Shown here piece after piece: positions 49,101 through 62,496 of a stretch of 64,000 nucleotides of DNA. The DNA is taken from assembly GCA_977020255.1 (NCBI GenBank), contig CDROCS010002180.1, positions 434,001 through 498,000 of the forward strand, given 5' to 3'. Positions within the stretch are counted from its first letter, which is position 1. Every line of letters starts with the position of its first letter. The DNA is from Obrimoposthia wandeli. Lineage: Eukaryota. The notes below the pieces were generated by a model. That model was not told the DNA's origin. It worked only from the letters and a program-made list of their open reading frames with translations, and ran no database searches. The position numbers and the translations under genes are program-made.

Positions 49101-52100
49101 CGGAACTATGTCAGCATAATTTCTCTGTCTTCATTGGTAAGTCTTTCTGCGCTCTACCAGCCACTTCAGTGCCAAACACAGAGCTGCCGTATCCACTTGA
49201 TAGGATGAACAGTATCTTCCAATCACAAAATCCCTGTTGTTGATATGATCGAACCTGTCATAGAGAACTTATAAAGTTTCCCGACTCAACAGGATCACCT
49301 TACCCGATTCGAAAGACATAAGGTTCAGGGGAGTTTCCGTAATGCTAAGAAGCGAAAAGCAAGATTATATGATCATATAGTTAGCCAATGCACTAGGAGA
49401 GTTTATGGAAACCGTCATCAGAAGGGTCGAGAAGATTATCGTACGCCCGAAAGAGCTTTTAGTGGCCACTTCGTAATTAGACTAGGGTCCGGTTTCGATG
49501 AGTAATACTTGTATGTTTGGGCGTGTGAGATATGGAGCTAGTTGATGATTCGGTCAACTAGAGAAAGAGAGCAAGGAAGAGTGGTAGATTGATGGTCGCA
49601 AGTCAGGGAAAGTGCTTATTGGGGCTGCTGCTGCAGGAGCCGGCAACCGGGGAGGAGAATCTCGGGGGCCTGGACTCTATGCGACACAACCAGGAGCGTC
49701 AGGTGGCTCGAATGCTCGATGACACTCGCAGTGACGGCAGGGATCGGCCCCTGCGTACTGGGACCATGGCGAGCACCGGCAGCGGTCTGAACAATATGCC
49801 TCATTCGGAGTCATACGTGCAGCAGAGCCGCCGACTTCATGGCGTACTTGACGACATGGAGACCGAGATGCTTCAGCTCGACCAGCTCAAACTTGGCCTA
49901 ACTAACTATTCGGGTCAGCTTGGACTCGGTCGAGCTGGGCCACTGGACCCCTCAACAACCCATCAGTCGGCCTCTCTTCCGTCCGTCCAGGTCAGGAATA
50001 CACAACACTTGATTGACAATTGGCAAATAAGAGCAAAGTACAAACATCAACTGAAATATTACATTTTATATTTTAGGGATAACGTCGTACGTACCAACCA
50101 TAAGGACAGAACAATTCAAGCCTACACATCACTTAATATTTGATTACTGTGAAATTATTTAATATACTATTTGTACTTTTGAATATTACATAGGTAACCT
50201 ATTTCAACACATATGCTGTTGAATCCACTTAAAACGAGCAACTATTTACAATTTATCTAAAATTAAAAATAGAAAATAAAAACACTGTGAAAATAAAATT
50301 AAAAATAAAAAACTGGATGATCAATGACTTTCAATCATTTATTAATAGAAAGATATGAAAAACAAAGTTTTCAACAGATTGTGAATAGATTGTTGGTGCG
50401 TGGAAAGATGCATTATTAATGGTTTTCGAAAGGCTAATTTCAACCATGGCGACGAAAACAACGATGAAAGCCACATTAGTGAAATACCAACTTCATTTTT
50501 AGAAGTATTGAAACAGTTCAAATTATGCGATATAGTGAATACTTTTTGATTCTTATGTGTTTAATGCTCATTGAATATTTTTAATAAAATTGTTTTTTTG
50601 TATTTTTTTTATATAGTCAACTATAAAAAAGTGAAACGAATTGGTAAGGATATTGGCAGTCATAATACATAACTCCAAACTTATACTTATACAAAAATTA
50701 CAGAATATTTAGTGTTTTTATTTAAACATAATATTAATTTTAAAATTATTTCGCGAGTAATTTAAATTTTTAAAAGATTTGGTAACACATTTTATTTTTT
50801 AATTTTTTTTATTTGCATGTGTATTTTTTAGACTTCTAGTTATATGACAATAAACAAAAACTACAAAAGAAATTATTCAGATCATCTTTTCAAATGAATT
50901 AAAAGAGATTTGGAACAAATGATAAGTATTACTGAAATTGGTAAAAGATACGAAGTTAGTCGAAAATTTGTATATACCATAAAAGATATTACAGAAATAA
51001 AACCAAGGGGAATGCCATGTTAATATGATGAAAATAAATTAAGAAAACAATGTACAAAATCTATATTAAACATTAAAAAACAGAAATCAAAAGCTATGGC
51101 AGCGAAAATCAAGATGGATGTATCAGAACCAATAAGTTCTCGAACCTTGCAAATGTTCTTAAATAAAGATAAAGGATTCAAGTTAAGAAATTTCAAAAAG
51201 TATCGTACTTAAAGATTCTGAAAAAAAGTAAGAGTTTCAAAAATAACTAGTTTGTTCCTGGATAAAATATATTTTAATACAATAATATTTAGTGATGAGT
51301 GCCGATTTTCTTTAATTGGCCCTGATAATTTCTTGTCATTGGACTTGTATGAAGGTGATGGTAAAATACCTAAGAGAATGATGAATGGAGGTGGAATAAT
51401 GATACATGGTTTTATAAATTCATATGGATATTTGTATATTCAAAGAATTAACGGCACGATAAATTCTCAAATGTATCTAAATTTGATGAAAGATAAAGTT
51501 ATTCCGCTTATTAGAGAACAATATGGTACTATTTTCATCTACCAACCAGATAACGCTAGCCCACGTACGGCAAAGATCGTCTTTGCATATTTAAAGAATG
51601 ATGACATACAAGTTTTAAAATGGCCTGTGAGAAGCCCAGCCTTACCTACAATAGAAAATGATGAAACATCATGTATATAATATATTGACTATAAAAAATC
51701 TCGAAAAATTATGGGACATAATTGAGATGGCACACCAAGCAATTAATCAATGAAATGCTGAAACAATATGAAATATGGATAATGATGTAATTAAAAGATA
51801 CTTAAAAGTTCTAAAAAATGAGGGTTTCAATAGATTATAAACAGTTATGTTGTATTTAATATCTAAATAAATTATGTTACCCAATCTCTTCTTTTTTTTT
51901 GCTATTTATTAGCCACATTATTATATAATTAGTTATTATGTAATAAATAGTTGATAATATCATTACTACTTTAATTAATATTAAAGAGCAAAACTTATAC
52001 TTACGGTGTTCTTATATTTATTGAAATCTACATTCACAAAAATTATATCTATCATAATTTGTTAAAGTGTTACCCAATCTCTTCATTGACTATATAATAT

Positions 52101-55100
52101 GCACACTATTGTCCGAATGTTAGGGTATTATTATATTTTCTAATTCAATTAACTTTTGTGTTACACCTTTTTTTAAATATGAATGTGAATATGTGCTGAC
52201 AAAAACAACTGAAAAATTAACTTAAATTGTTAATGTTCCAATCTCCTAGGCTCCAATAGCGGTGCGTGGATCTAAAGTCAGCGACTTGAAGAGCATTGGA
52301 GGAGACGAGACAAGTGCATTCAAGCCACGAAGAAGTACAAGAAAGAATCCTAAATCAGACATGTCGGCCTCTCTCAGCAGGTATTGTATTCTGAAGTAGC
52401 TATAGATGTTGAAATTGTTATAATCACCTATTAATTTTATAAGTAAATTATTCGCTCTGTGTCACAGGAAAGCCTATTACAAGCACACAAATGTTCCTTT
52501 GACGAGCTTCAACGGAACTCTGCCGCCGAACTTCAACGCCGGAGTGTCGGCCAGTGCACACAACAGCCTTCGTCGTCCGCCGTCAATGCGAGCCAGCCTT
52601 TACAGTGCTTCACCGGTCATGCCTACTTACGCCATTCCCAGTCACCAGCAGCCGCAATCGCAGCAATCCGTACGATCGTTGCGCAGCGAGGACAGCGGCA
52701 ACAAATTCAAGGAATCATTTGGTACGAACCTGACGAAAATGTAGCATTTATACATTATAACAATAACGATAACGATAAATCAATAAATTTAATATAGCGG
52801 TAATATTTAATACATCTATGATTTATTACTCAAAGGGCTCAATGATTTCTTTGGTTTAAAACAGGGTTTCTCAACCTTTTTTCACCACGGCCCCCTTTAG
52901 TTTGCAGCAAATTGCTGTGGCCCCCCTCTACTATGGACAAAAAGATTACATCGTATACGTATTGTTTTCAATTATACTATTCTGTCATGGAAACATTCAA
53001 AAAGATAATCAATGAGAAAACTATATTTAAAAAATGTTAGTGTGACCCTTGCGCTTGGCGTTTGCCAACAAGTGTAGTGAAATCTGGAGCAATTTCAGAA
53101 AGTCGTAAACGGATTTCTGCATTGTCACACAACTTGAGATTCATCCGCTGTTTTGCGAACGAATGAAGGACAACTGAGAACCCCTTCTCAGCTAACACCG
53201 ACGTCGGTAAATTAACAATAAAGGGATAAACCTTCTTGAAAATTTCCGGATAAATTTCTGAATTTTTCCAGCCATGCTGCCACCCAATTCTGCTTTGACA
53301 TGCTGATCATTTTGTCATCTCCGAGAACTTGACATAACTCCATTTGAATGTTCTCAGGAAAATCGATGATTTGATCGACTGTCATAACGTGAAGACAATC
53401 AATATATGCTGGAACATTCAACACAATTAAATCCTCAAATCTTAGCTGAAAGTTTGTATACAGGACTTCCAAGTGCACTAAAATGATGTCTCGCAAATCT
53501 GGATTGCAAACATCGTTGGCCAATTTTTGGAAATGACTGAAGTTACCAGCACGAATACTTGCTGCCCAAACGATCAATTTGTTCATAAATGATTTGATAA
53601 TTCGCTTGGCATCAACAATATTGAAATTTTGTGACTGCATAACCATGTTAAGCTCGTTTAGTTTTCCAAATATTGCCTCCAGATATAAAATGGTGCTTTT
53701 GCTTTCAATCAGTTTGTTTGTGAGATTAGCATCTCTTTCGCTCAAGAATTCAACAACTCTGTCAAAAAGAGCGACAAATCGCGACAGACAGTTTCCCATC
53801 GAGAGCCACCGTACCTCGGTATAGTAAAGCAAGCATTTAAAGTGCTCATCTTGACAAGCTTCACGAAAAAGGCGGTCTTGTAAAGCTCTTGCCTTTATTT
53901 TGTTAATTGCTGAGACAACAATTTTAAGACAATCCATCAAAGTTGTTCCGCCCAAGTCTTTTGCGACCAAATTCTCACGGTGAAGTACACAGTGCATTGT
54001 AAAGATGGTCCTGTCTTGCAGAAAGCGACCGACAACACCTTGCTTTTTACCCACCATAGATGGGGCACCATCAGTGCAAATGGATATCATGTTTCTCTTG
54101 TCTATACCATGATCCTCGAAGTACTTACAGACTGTTATACACAGATTCGCCTGTCGTGTTTACCACAGTTTTGATAAACAACAACTCTTCCTTGAGTTGT
54201 CTATCCTTGACGAAACGGACAAATGCCAAAACAACCGCTTGGTTCGAAAATGTGCTTTCATCAAGCGTCAATGAGAATTGTGAATTGTGAAGATCATTTG
54301 TGATGATGAATTCCACATTTGCAGCCATATCAGAAATACGTCGCGATATGGTGTCATTTGAGAGAGGAATCGATGCGAGCACTGACTGTGGATTTGATAC
54401 ATTGGCAACATTAAGATAGCAGGTTTAATCAACTGCTCTGCCAGTGTATGCACTCTACCCTGTTTCGCCATTAAATATGCAATTTTATATGATGCTGTTA
54501 AGCCAGAAGTAGAGTTCTGAGGAACCACAAATTTTCGCAATTGGGTTGAGGCTGTTGTCCTCTGATCACGAAGCTGGGTAAAATATGCGCGCGGTTTTGT
54601 TGCAATGTCAGGATGCTTCTTTTGGAGATGAGCCTCAAGTTTTGATGGTCGCATTGAGTCATTGGAGAGCACAGTGTTACAGACAATACACTCAGGAAGT
54701 TGAGAATTACTTTGGCTTGCAATGAATCCGAAACGTAAACAATCACAATTATACTGTCTGCACTTTTTCTTGCTGCTCATTGTCAACTAAAAATCAGAAA
54801 TGAAAATTGTTTACAAGGGTAACATGAGCAAAAAGACAATTAGAAAAACAAGGTCCTAAGTGTGTACATTCAGATATGGTGAATGACAAACAAGAAGAAA
54901 GAAATCAACCACTGACTCATTCAAAACAAACACAAGTGCACGTTTGTGAGTTAGGTAGGTAGCATTTTACAATGGCAGCGTATTTTGGCCATGTACACAT
55001 GAAGTGTGACACTCTTCTATTCACACGCTGAGACACAACACGATTACTGATTTTAGTCCATAGATTACTCAGGATGATGATTTTGCACATGCCACATCCG

Positions 55101-58100
55101 CCACACAAACTTTTGTAGCGCGATGATATTTTTGCAAAGGCATATTATGATGTTTTACCGTCGGCCCTCATTGGGCTGGTACGCCCACGCAATAAGTTGA
55201 CGCGTCGCGTCCATATGTATCTAAAAGTCTATACTCTGTTTTTATTCCATGTCAAACATTTATTTGTGGCACACGTGTGCAGCCATCGAAGTGTTTAACC
55301 CAGTGAAAACAGGGGTGTTAATTTTTTTTTGTTTGGCTCGTGTGGCCCCCCTGGCAAATTCTGTGGCCCCCAGGGGGCCCCCGTTGAGAAACCCTTGTTT
55401 AAAACATCAATCATCGAAGAAATTTCTAAATATAATTGTTATTAGACATTTGAAAGTTGCTGCCAAAATTTCAAAACTCCCATTATTGTTGCTGGAAATT
55501 CTTTTGGTCAATTATAATCGTCTGCAATACTTCACAGTTTCAAATACATTTTTGTTGTAATACGTCAAAACATATCATATAGATTTCTGTTATATTCTTT
55601 ATGGATTATGATCAGACGCGGTTTCAAAAATATATTAAAAAGAGGCATTCGAAAATTAAAAAAAGGCACATGTTATGAAATTAAAATATTTTATTGTAAA
55701 AACATAGTTCATAATAAATAGTTTAGTGCTGGTTTAATGAACAGAGAAGTAATAGTAAAATCAACACAGCATAACATCTTAACTAGATACAGCAGGCGCA
55801 TATTTTATAATACAAATAAGGTTAATACATACGGTAAAAAAACGTCAGAGGATAATCCCCAAATGTTCTACAATGCAAATAAAGTCACTGTAAAAGACAT
55901 ACGTTGACAAGTGGTCCAATTTCAATGTATCAGTACTTGATTTGTAATATGTAGAAGAAGGTATAGCCTAATCATATAATGGTGTAAATAAGATACAATG
56001 ACAAGTTGTCAGCAAAAATCATATATCTGGCTAAAGAATAAGTTTAAAGTTCGAACTACCTACTTGTTCAAAAGTAAAAATTCTAGACTGTTCTTCCCTG
56101 ATAATAATCTCCGAGTTGAATTTCAAAAATGCGTATAAACAAATGGAAGTGTAATATATATTAGCGTTTCAAACATTTTTTTATTATATAGCGACACTAG
56201 CGCAACTAGGGTGTAAGGGTGCATTTGCACCCCCAAAATTTTGAAATCAAGTTAAAATTTATAATAAAAATAAATTTAATTTGAATATTCATAGCTTTCG
56301 TAGGTACGGTAATTTGTTTTTCTTAATATTTTTCATTGGTTTACTTTCTTTAGAGACAATGTGTTTAGTGTTTATTTCAGTCTTTAAATACATATAATTT
56401 TATAATTTTTTTTTGAAAATTATTATAATTTAAAAAAAAAAATTAATTAATTATAGAAATATAATTGTTGTAAGTATATTGGTTTCTAAGAACTTTATTT
56501 TATGTTAATGTTAAGGAATTTTTATAATTTATATTTAGGCAGACAGAAATTAAACATGTACGAACCCTCAACAATGAGTAAAAGAAAACAGCCATATCTT
56601 TTTATTTATTCAGTAGAAGAAATATCAAACTGCGCAATAGAAAGTTTGCAACTTTGTAATCCTGAAATACTTCCCAATATGTACAAACTTTTAAAGATAT
56701 TAGCAACATTACCAGTGACAACCTGCAATGCAGAGAAATCTTTTTCAACGATTAAACACTTTAAAACGTATTTAAGAAATTCAACTGCACAAGAAAGATT
56801 AAATGGACTAGCTTTATTATATATTTATGAAGGTGTTACAGTGGATGAAAGTGAAATTTTAAATTTGTTTTCTAAAACCAAAAGGAGACTAGACTTTGTT
56901 ATATAATAAAATAAAGAAATCCATTTTTACAAATCTTTTTGCACCCCCCAATAAGAATTTATGGTTGCGCCCCTGTATAGTGATGCCTTATATAATAACA
57001 ATTAAAAATATATTTTATCAATTCGTGGATTTATATTTAGAATTGACGTGAAATATAAGTTTAAAAGTCTAAAATAATGAAAAGGAAACTTTGTCTTTAA
57101 TGGAGAGTGTCCAGAACCCAATGCGTTAGTATAGTACAAGAAAATCATTTAATATAATATGAAGTCTAAATTATTGTCTGATAAAAATAAGATTTACATA
57201 AGAACATCAAAACTCAACGGTTGAACTATCAGTTGAAATATGCCAAATGTTAAGTCAACTTTTTTTAAAAATAGAGAGGGTTCAAAAACGGGTTTGGGCA
57301 TCCTAACTCCCCCTTAAAGGAATTGGGTATTTCCTTAAATATATTAGATTGAAGTTATATTCAAAATTTCGCTCGACAAAGTACAATAAATACGCTATTT
57401 TTTGCCAATCACGCTTGACCTCTACGTAAGGTTAACTGTTTTAAGTAAAAATATGTTAATAACCATATGTGAATATTTTTAAGTAAAATTTATTTATATT
57501 TGATGATTCTATATTTAAATGATTGTGTCAAACAATTTTCGTCTTTATCTATCATTATTCTTTTATTAATATTTTTTGGAAATTTTTCAATTTTCCAGTA
57601 GACATGTACAGAATTTTTATAGTTAAATAATTCATAAAATTATTTAATAAATATGAATTTTAACAATTTTGGTCGTTTTTGTTATTTGAATATTATTCAT
57701 TCTGCAGTATTTTGTCCAGTATTTCACTTTTTGATATGAAAATGCATAACGTACTTTATATTTTTTGCGTGAAGATTTTTTTCATTCAGTTCGGAAATTA
57801 TTTACATGTAAAACTTTTTTTTTTTTTGAAGTCTTCCATATTTGATCACTTGGTTTTCTGTAGGCCTTTTTCTGCTGATGAGTCTGTGGTCATTCATAAA
57901 AATGTTAGAAATTATTTTGAAAGAACAGTGTCAGAGGCTTTAAAAAGAAAACAGTGAATCATTAATCACACTAAAGGATTGCTTAAAACTTTTAAAATAT
58001 TGTATCGTAAAAGCGTAATCTCACTATTTTCAAATATTTTTAAATGGTGTATTTCTTATTTTTGTCTAATTGGAATATTTGTTAATACTTACATTTCTTT

Positions 58101-58951
58101 AGTACAATAAAATGTAGTCGGCTTTTCGGAGAATTTTATTTGAAAGTGCTGTTTCCAAAAAATACGATTTTGAGAAGTAGAGAGTGTCAAAAAGCTACAT
58201 AAATGGTTGGAGAAGTGCAATGATGCAAATTGTGACTACTTTAAATACTCGAAACATAATTACTCTTATTTTTGTTATTAACGGTTACACCTTCATCTGC
58301 ATGCTACAGGTCACTCATCCAGTTCCAAGGTGCAGAATCAATTGCGGAACTTGATGCGGACGGAGCCGTACGCGGATGACAATCAAGCGAGGACGTCTGT
58401 GGTGTCTGATGTCTCTCGAGCCGGTGGTCCCCCTTCATTGGATGTGCTAAACAGACAGGAACCTTTGTTGAAGATCGACGTCGGTAAATACAACAGCGGA
58501 CGACGCAGTAGAGAGCCCCCGCCCACACCCCCTATACGACAGGTGAGAGTGAGAGACTGAACCTAGCTAGAAGGAGTGAGAGAGAGTGGGAATGAGGGTG
58601 AGTGAGTGAGTTAGATTGAGATAGTATGAGAATTGGAGTAAGAAAGAGAGAATAAAAGTGTTGAGGTATTTCAATAGATACATTTTCATCATCCAGGTGT
58701 TTTCTGATCATAACACTAACGGTGACCTCAGCCACAATCACCACGAACCAAGCAACACCAATTACAACGTCCTGGATGACGATGATGTGTCTGTCACCGA
58801 GTCCGACGTGTCCTTGGCGAATGCTCGACACATGCAGCGGCAGCGGCTCAACCTCAACGAGTGTGTCGAGGATGGCAAGAGCTGGAGGAACCCGTCTCCT
58901 GCCCGCACACCCAGGAGTACTCACCAAAGAGTAAAATATAATATTTCATAA
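35276..58951 (+). CDS. host gene 2 (continued, or a separate gene): exons 35276-35361, 35410-35437, 38101-38301, 46816-46952, 47471-47566, 47901-48022, 48242-48416, ~49637-49990, 52250-52380, 52468-52721, 58310-58542, 58697-~58930/58951; Ser/Arg/Pro-rich with a helical, coiled-coil-like middle
   Basis: Successive AG/GT-bounded exons join in consistent phases into one frame; link to the PH exons unresolved; acceptor at 49637 uncertain. Confidence 0.8.
36546..36724. mobile_element. pogo/Tigger-type MITE, 179 bp
   Basis: TIR CAGTAATTATTCA(C/T)CT at both ends, TA on both sides. Confidence 0.85.
37060..37130. repeat. (TA)n(TG)n microsatellite
   Basis: Direct reading. Confidence 0.95.
40093..40368. 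mobile_element. hAT-type MITE, degenerate
   Basis: Near-identical 8-bp flanks CTCTAGAT/CTCTAGAC; right end CAGTTTGGATATCGCTG resembles a hAT TIR; an internal ~75 bp recurs at ~41960-42032. Confidence 0.55.
41212..41688 (+). mobile_element. non-autonomous hAT (Buster/Charlie) element, 477 bp
   Basis: TIR CAGTG(A/T)TTCCCAATCT; perfect 8-bp TSD ATTTAGAC; internal transposase tail IRPRIERLCAEKQAHISH*. Confidence 0.92.
42330..42700 (+). mobile_element. degenerate Tc1/mariner (DD37D-like) transposase C-terminal fragment
   Basis: FLNENLPNHWVGQKGPFLWLPRSPYLTSL matches the WIGR.GP..WPPRSPDLTPL motif. Confidence 0.7.
44108..45858 (+). mobile_element. pogo/Tigger element with decayed CENP-B-type transposase (~44320-45612)
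   Basis: TIR CAGTAATACCCCGAACAGTGCGG (left copy degenerate), TA TSD; FNASRGWFNRFK, IFNVDETGLFWK, KDRLTLLLGGNASG. Confidence 0.88.
50614..52092 (+). mobile_element. Tc1-like (DD34E) element, decayed
   Basis: IIFSDECRF, YQPDNAS, LKWPVRSPALPTIEN; ends TAGTCAA..TTGACTA with TA; repeated TGTTACCCAATCTCTT suggests IR/DR ends. Confidence 0.75.
52862..55396 (-). mobile_element. hAT Buster/Charlie transposon, near full length; frameshifted transposase ~54779-53037
   Basis: TIR CAGGGTTTCTCAAC; perfect TSD GTTTAAAA; BED finger CIVC..SMRPSKLEAHL, TLDEST, ICTDGAPSMVG, HCVLHRE, EVRWLS, ..AQGSH*. Confidence 0.95.
56195..56975 (+). mobile_element. non-autonomous hAT element keeping only the C-terminal dimerization domain (56502-56906)
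   Basis: TIR-like CAGGGGCGCAACCA / CACTAGCGCAACTA; TSD TATAG(C/T)GA; LPNMYKLLKILATLPVTTCNAEKSFS..KTYLRNST.QERLNGLALL. Confidence 0.85.
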
Positions 58952-59879
58952 TTAATCGATTTTAAATATGCATTACAAATATATGAATATCTGTAATATG
59001 ATTCACCACAAAGGTACCTACCTACGCCTATATAATGTAAAGATGCTGAACAATATATTTATCATACCTAATTGCAATATGATTTGTTAAACATTACAGA
59101 AGCAGACACAGGATATTGTGGTTCAAGTAGGCACATGGGTTATGTAGCTGCGCAATTACTAACAATTTGGGAGTTAATATCACATATACCTGATGTTCCT
59201 GTACCATTTTAAGGTGATACTATTTACACATCCTACATATGGATGAGTTACAGCGACGAAAATGCTCGAAATTGTATTTTATCATTAACTTTTTGCCACC
59301 CTTGTAAATTTTAAGCGAAAAAATTGTGGGAAACCCATACACATTTGAACAGTACATATTCTTTTAATTTGAATGATGCCCAAAGTATTCTAAATACGTA
59401 CATTACATAGCTTAAATTATGTTAATCAATATCATAGAAATACGTTTTAAATCCCGGTTGAGTGAAATGAATGCAACATAATTTCATTCATTACTCGTAT
59501 ATAAAACTATCTTAGACCTAGTAATTGGATAATTGCTGCAAATTTTAAACAATGTCATACAACAACAATAAAAATGTGCGGTACTCTGTAAATCTTTATG
59601 TTTTATCAATAACCTTAACTAATACATTCGCTCTGATACATTATTGAGTAATTTAACTTTCCTTATCGCAAAAGAATATTTCTAAAATTATACTTTAAAA
59701 AAATACTAGTTAAAATGTTATTTTGAGCCTCTAATCCTTAGATAAAAACAGTTTTCATGGGTAGGTGGATGCTGTTGAAGAAATATTCGTGAAAAAAATC
59801 AAATTAAATTAGGCTTGTTAATATCATTCAGAACGATGAGAAACAAAAGTTTTAGAGTTTTTAACTGATTTTACGAACC

Positions 59880-60450
59880 ATATGAATGAATTAAACATTT
59901 AACTTCATGGTAAAGATAAAGTTATTTGTGGTTGAGTAAAGTATATTTGCGAGGTTTTAACCAAATCTATATTATTTAAAAAGCAAACGACGCATTTTCC
60001 GAACTGAGATAAAATTAAGAAACAAGATTTTAGCAACGGACAATATACAGAGTGGGTAAAGAGTTTACTGCAAAGATTCTCTGAACGATCCATGGATTTA
60101 GAAAATTACAAAATAGAGTTTTGACGTTTACATAGTATCTGTATAACTTTGATATTTATAATTTTAACATTGTTCAGAAATGTCCACTTTGCTATAATGT
60201 CATTGCCAAGGCGCGCAAATGATGTAAAAATGAAACTGTAATACAGATGCGGAATTAAGTAATTTCCAAGTTTTAGTTCAACATGGCTGTGTGAAAGTAC
60301 ATTTTTGAAGCTGACAATTTTAAAATCGAAACATCGAAGTAATATACTTCGTGATAAAATGGAAACTGAATGCGATCTGCACTAAGCACAGTAACGCCAG
60401 ATTTTTTATCCTTAATATCTAAAAACAGTGTCAGATATCTCATTAGAGAA
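59880..60450 (+). mobile_element. degenerate hAT transposase C-terminal fragment
   Basis: NELNI*LHGKDK.., LLQRFSER.. and a terminal ..SH-like segment typical of Buster/SPIN tails. Confidence 0.45.
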
Positions 60451-60693
60451 CTGTTGTAACAGAAAAATAATAAAAAATCGTTCTTTTGAAATTTTATGTT
60501 GTATCTAATTTTATTTTACACCACGCTATAATGCAAACGGTTGACGTACTAAAATGTTTGTCGCAAATCTTTTAAATTACTTTTTTAGTGATATTTTAGT
60601 GAATACATGATATTTTCGACAATTTCAAGCATGGGAATCCCTATGAATTTAGCGGTACTTTGGCTGTGGCCTTAATAAACCCGACCTTTAAAG

Positions 60694-60765
60694 GTGTCGG
60701 ACCATCTGATGTGTGATGATGGCTGCGACCCGGACGTGAAGGTTGACCAACTGTTCAGTATGGCC
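60694..60765 (+). CDS. possible further exon of host gene 2 (VSDHLMCDDGCDPDVKVDQLFSMA)
   Basis: AG acceptor, GTAAGT donor, phase 0 matches the donor at ~58930; could instead be hAT subterminal sequence. Confidence 0.4.
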
Positions 60766-61529
60766 GTAAGTAGGACGCATGTGACCTAGATTACCGCCAC
60801 TTTGCCTGAGCCAGTCGCATATAACGAAAATCATGAGGAACTTTACTTCCATAATGTGTGTGTATAATTTATGGGCCGTATATACAATAGAAACACTTGT
60901 TGTGTCTTCAAACAACTTTGTGTAATTTTCCCTGTTAGGAGCTAGTGTTTTTCATCCAATAACCCATTAGAACCGACTGTTGTGTAAATGTATGTACGAT
61001 ATGTACGATATAGAATTCGTACAATAACACGCGAGTTCATTTGTTAGAAAACTCAGCTTGTAATCTTAAGTGAAAATGATCATTGGTGTGTATTATAAAT
61101 AATATGGCATGCTGGGCGATAATGGGTTAAACTATTATTGTCTTGCAGTGGTGGTGGAGCTTTAGAATTATTGGGTGGGGATTTAAAACGATCACAATAA
61201 GCATATAATTAATTAATACATATATTCACAAAGATAAAATTAGCTTCCAGATTGGTAATTTAAACTCAGCAAATGTATTAAAATAATACTTGCTATTAGT
61301 TTTGTCCATTGGAAAATTTTGAAGAACAAAATTTTATCAAAAATATAGCTAATATTTACAACTAGGTTTTGCTAGACTTAAAATATATATTTTAGTTTTA
61401 GGTGAATTTGAGCGTAGGATTATACAGAAAATGCCAAATGATGGTGTCATAACAATCATTTTTATAACAAAATTATTTAGTGCACAAATGTATTGCAGAA
61501 ACCATTCAAATCATATATCCATCACTCCC

Positions 61530-61890
61530 ATTTACTCCCTCTCACTTACTCATGCTCATTCATTCACTGACTCTCACTTACTCATTCTCTCAATCACTTA
61601 TTTACTCACGCACACTCACTCACTCATGCTCATTCATTCACTTACTCACTCTCGGACTCATGCTCATTCATTCACTCACTCACGCACACTCACTCACTCA
61701 TGCTCATTCATTCACTTACTCACTCTCGGACTCATGCTCATTCATTATCTCACTCACGCACACTCACTCACTCATGCTCATTCATTCACTTACTCACTCT
61801 CGGACTCATTCTCATTCATTCACTCTCAAACTCACTCTCTCAATATCTCACTCACTCACTCGCTCACGCTTACTTTCTCTCACTTTCACT
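61530..61890. repeat. (CACT/CATT)n-derived compound minisatellite
   Basis: Recurrent actcatgctcattcattcact units; overlapping ORFs are low-complexity artefacts. Confidence 0.92.
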
Positions 61891-62496
61891 AAGCAGTACT
61901 CCATTTCAAATAAATGGGTGTCATCCAAGCTCTTGGTTCTATAAGCTTTGCTACCACTGTGTCTATCAATATCATTTATATTTTAAAATATTTTGGATGC
62001 TAATCTCTATAGATTAAGCTCTGTTCCAAAATGTACACACTGCAGAAGTAACGTTCTTCACGATTTGCTCCTTCGAGTGCGTATTTGTGCGCTAGTTAGT
62101 CTTCCCTCTGTATGTATTCTATGTATCAAAGTGTGCTTTTCCACATGCCAATATCAGCCTATCATACAGCACAAAACTGATCGGACTAATCCAATTGGTC
62201 CTATCCAGTGTTTCCTAATTCAGGTTTTAAATTTATAAAATTTTGATTAATTCACAGTTATATTTTACAGAAAATAAACTGAAGTTAGAACAAATTTTAC
62301 ATTGCAATTATGCGATATTATTAGAAAGAAACATTTAACTAAGTTATATGTAAACCAAATGTCTTTCTTCTATATCCACAAATATAAAAATGGACAAATG
62401 TGGAGAGCAATTTAGAAACTTATTTTACTTCACAAACTTTTTGTGAAAATATCGTTTCGAAATGTATTAAAGAATATTTTCTAACTACAAAATATT

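Noticed and set aside
58304-58934. Minus-strand and alternate-frame ORFs around exons 58310-58951
   Set aside because: Shadows of GC-rich exons whose + frame is fixed by splice phases.
61431-62017. Three His/Ser/Leu/Thr-rich ORFs
   Set aside because: Translations of a CACT/CATT minisatellite with no stop codons by composition.
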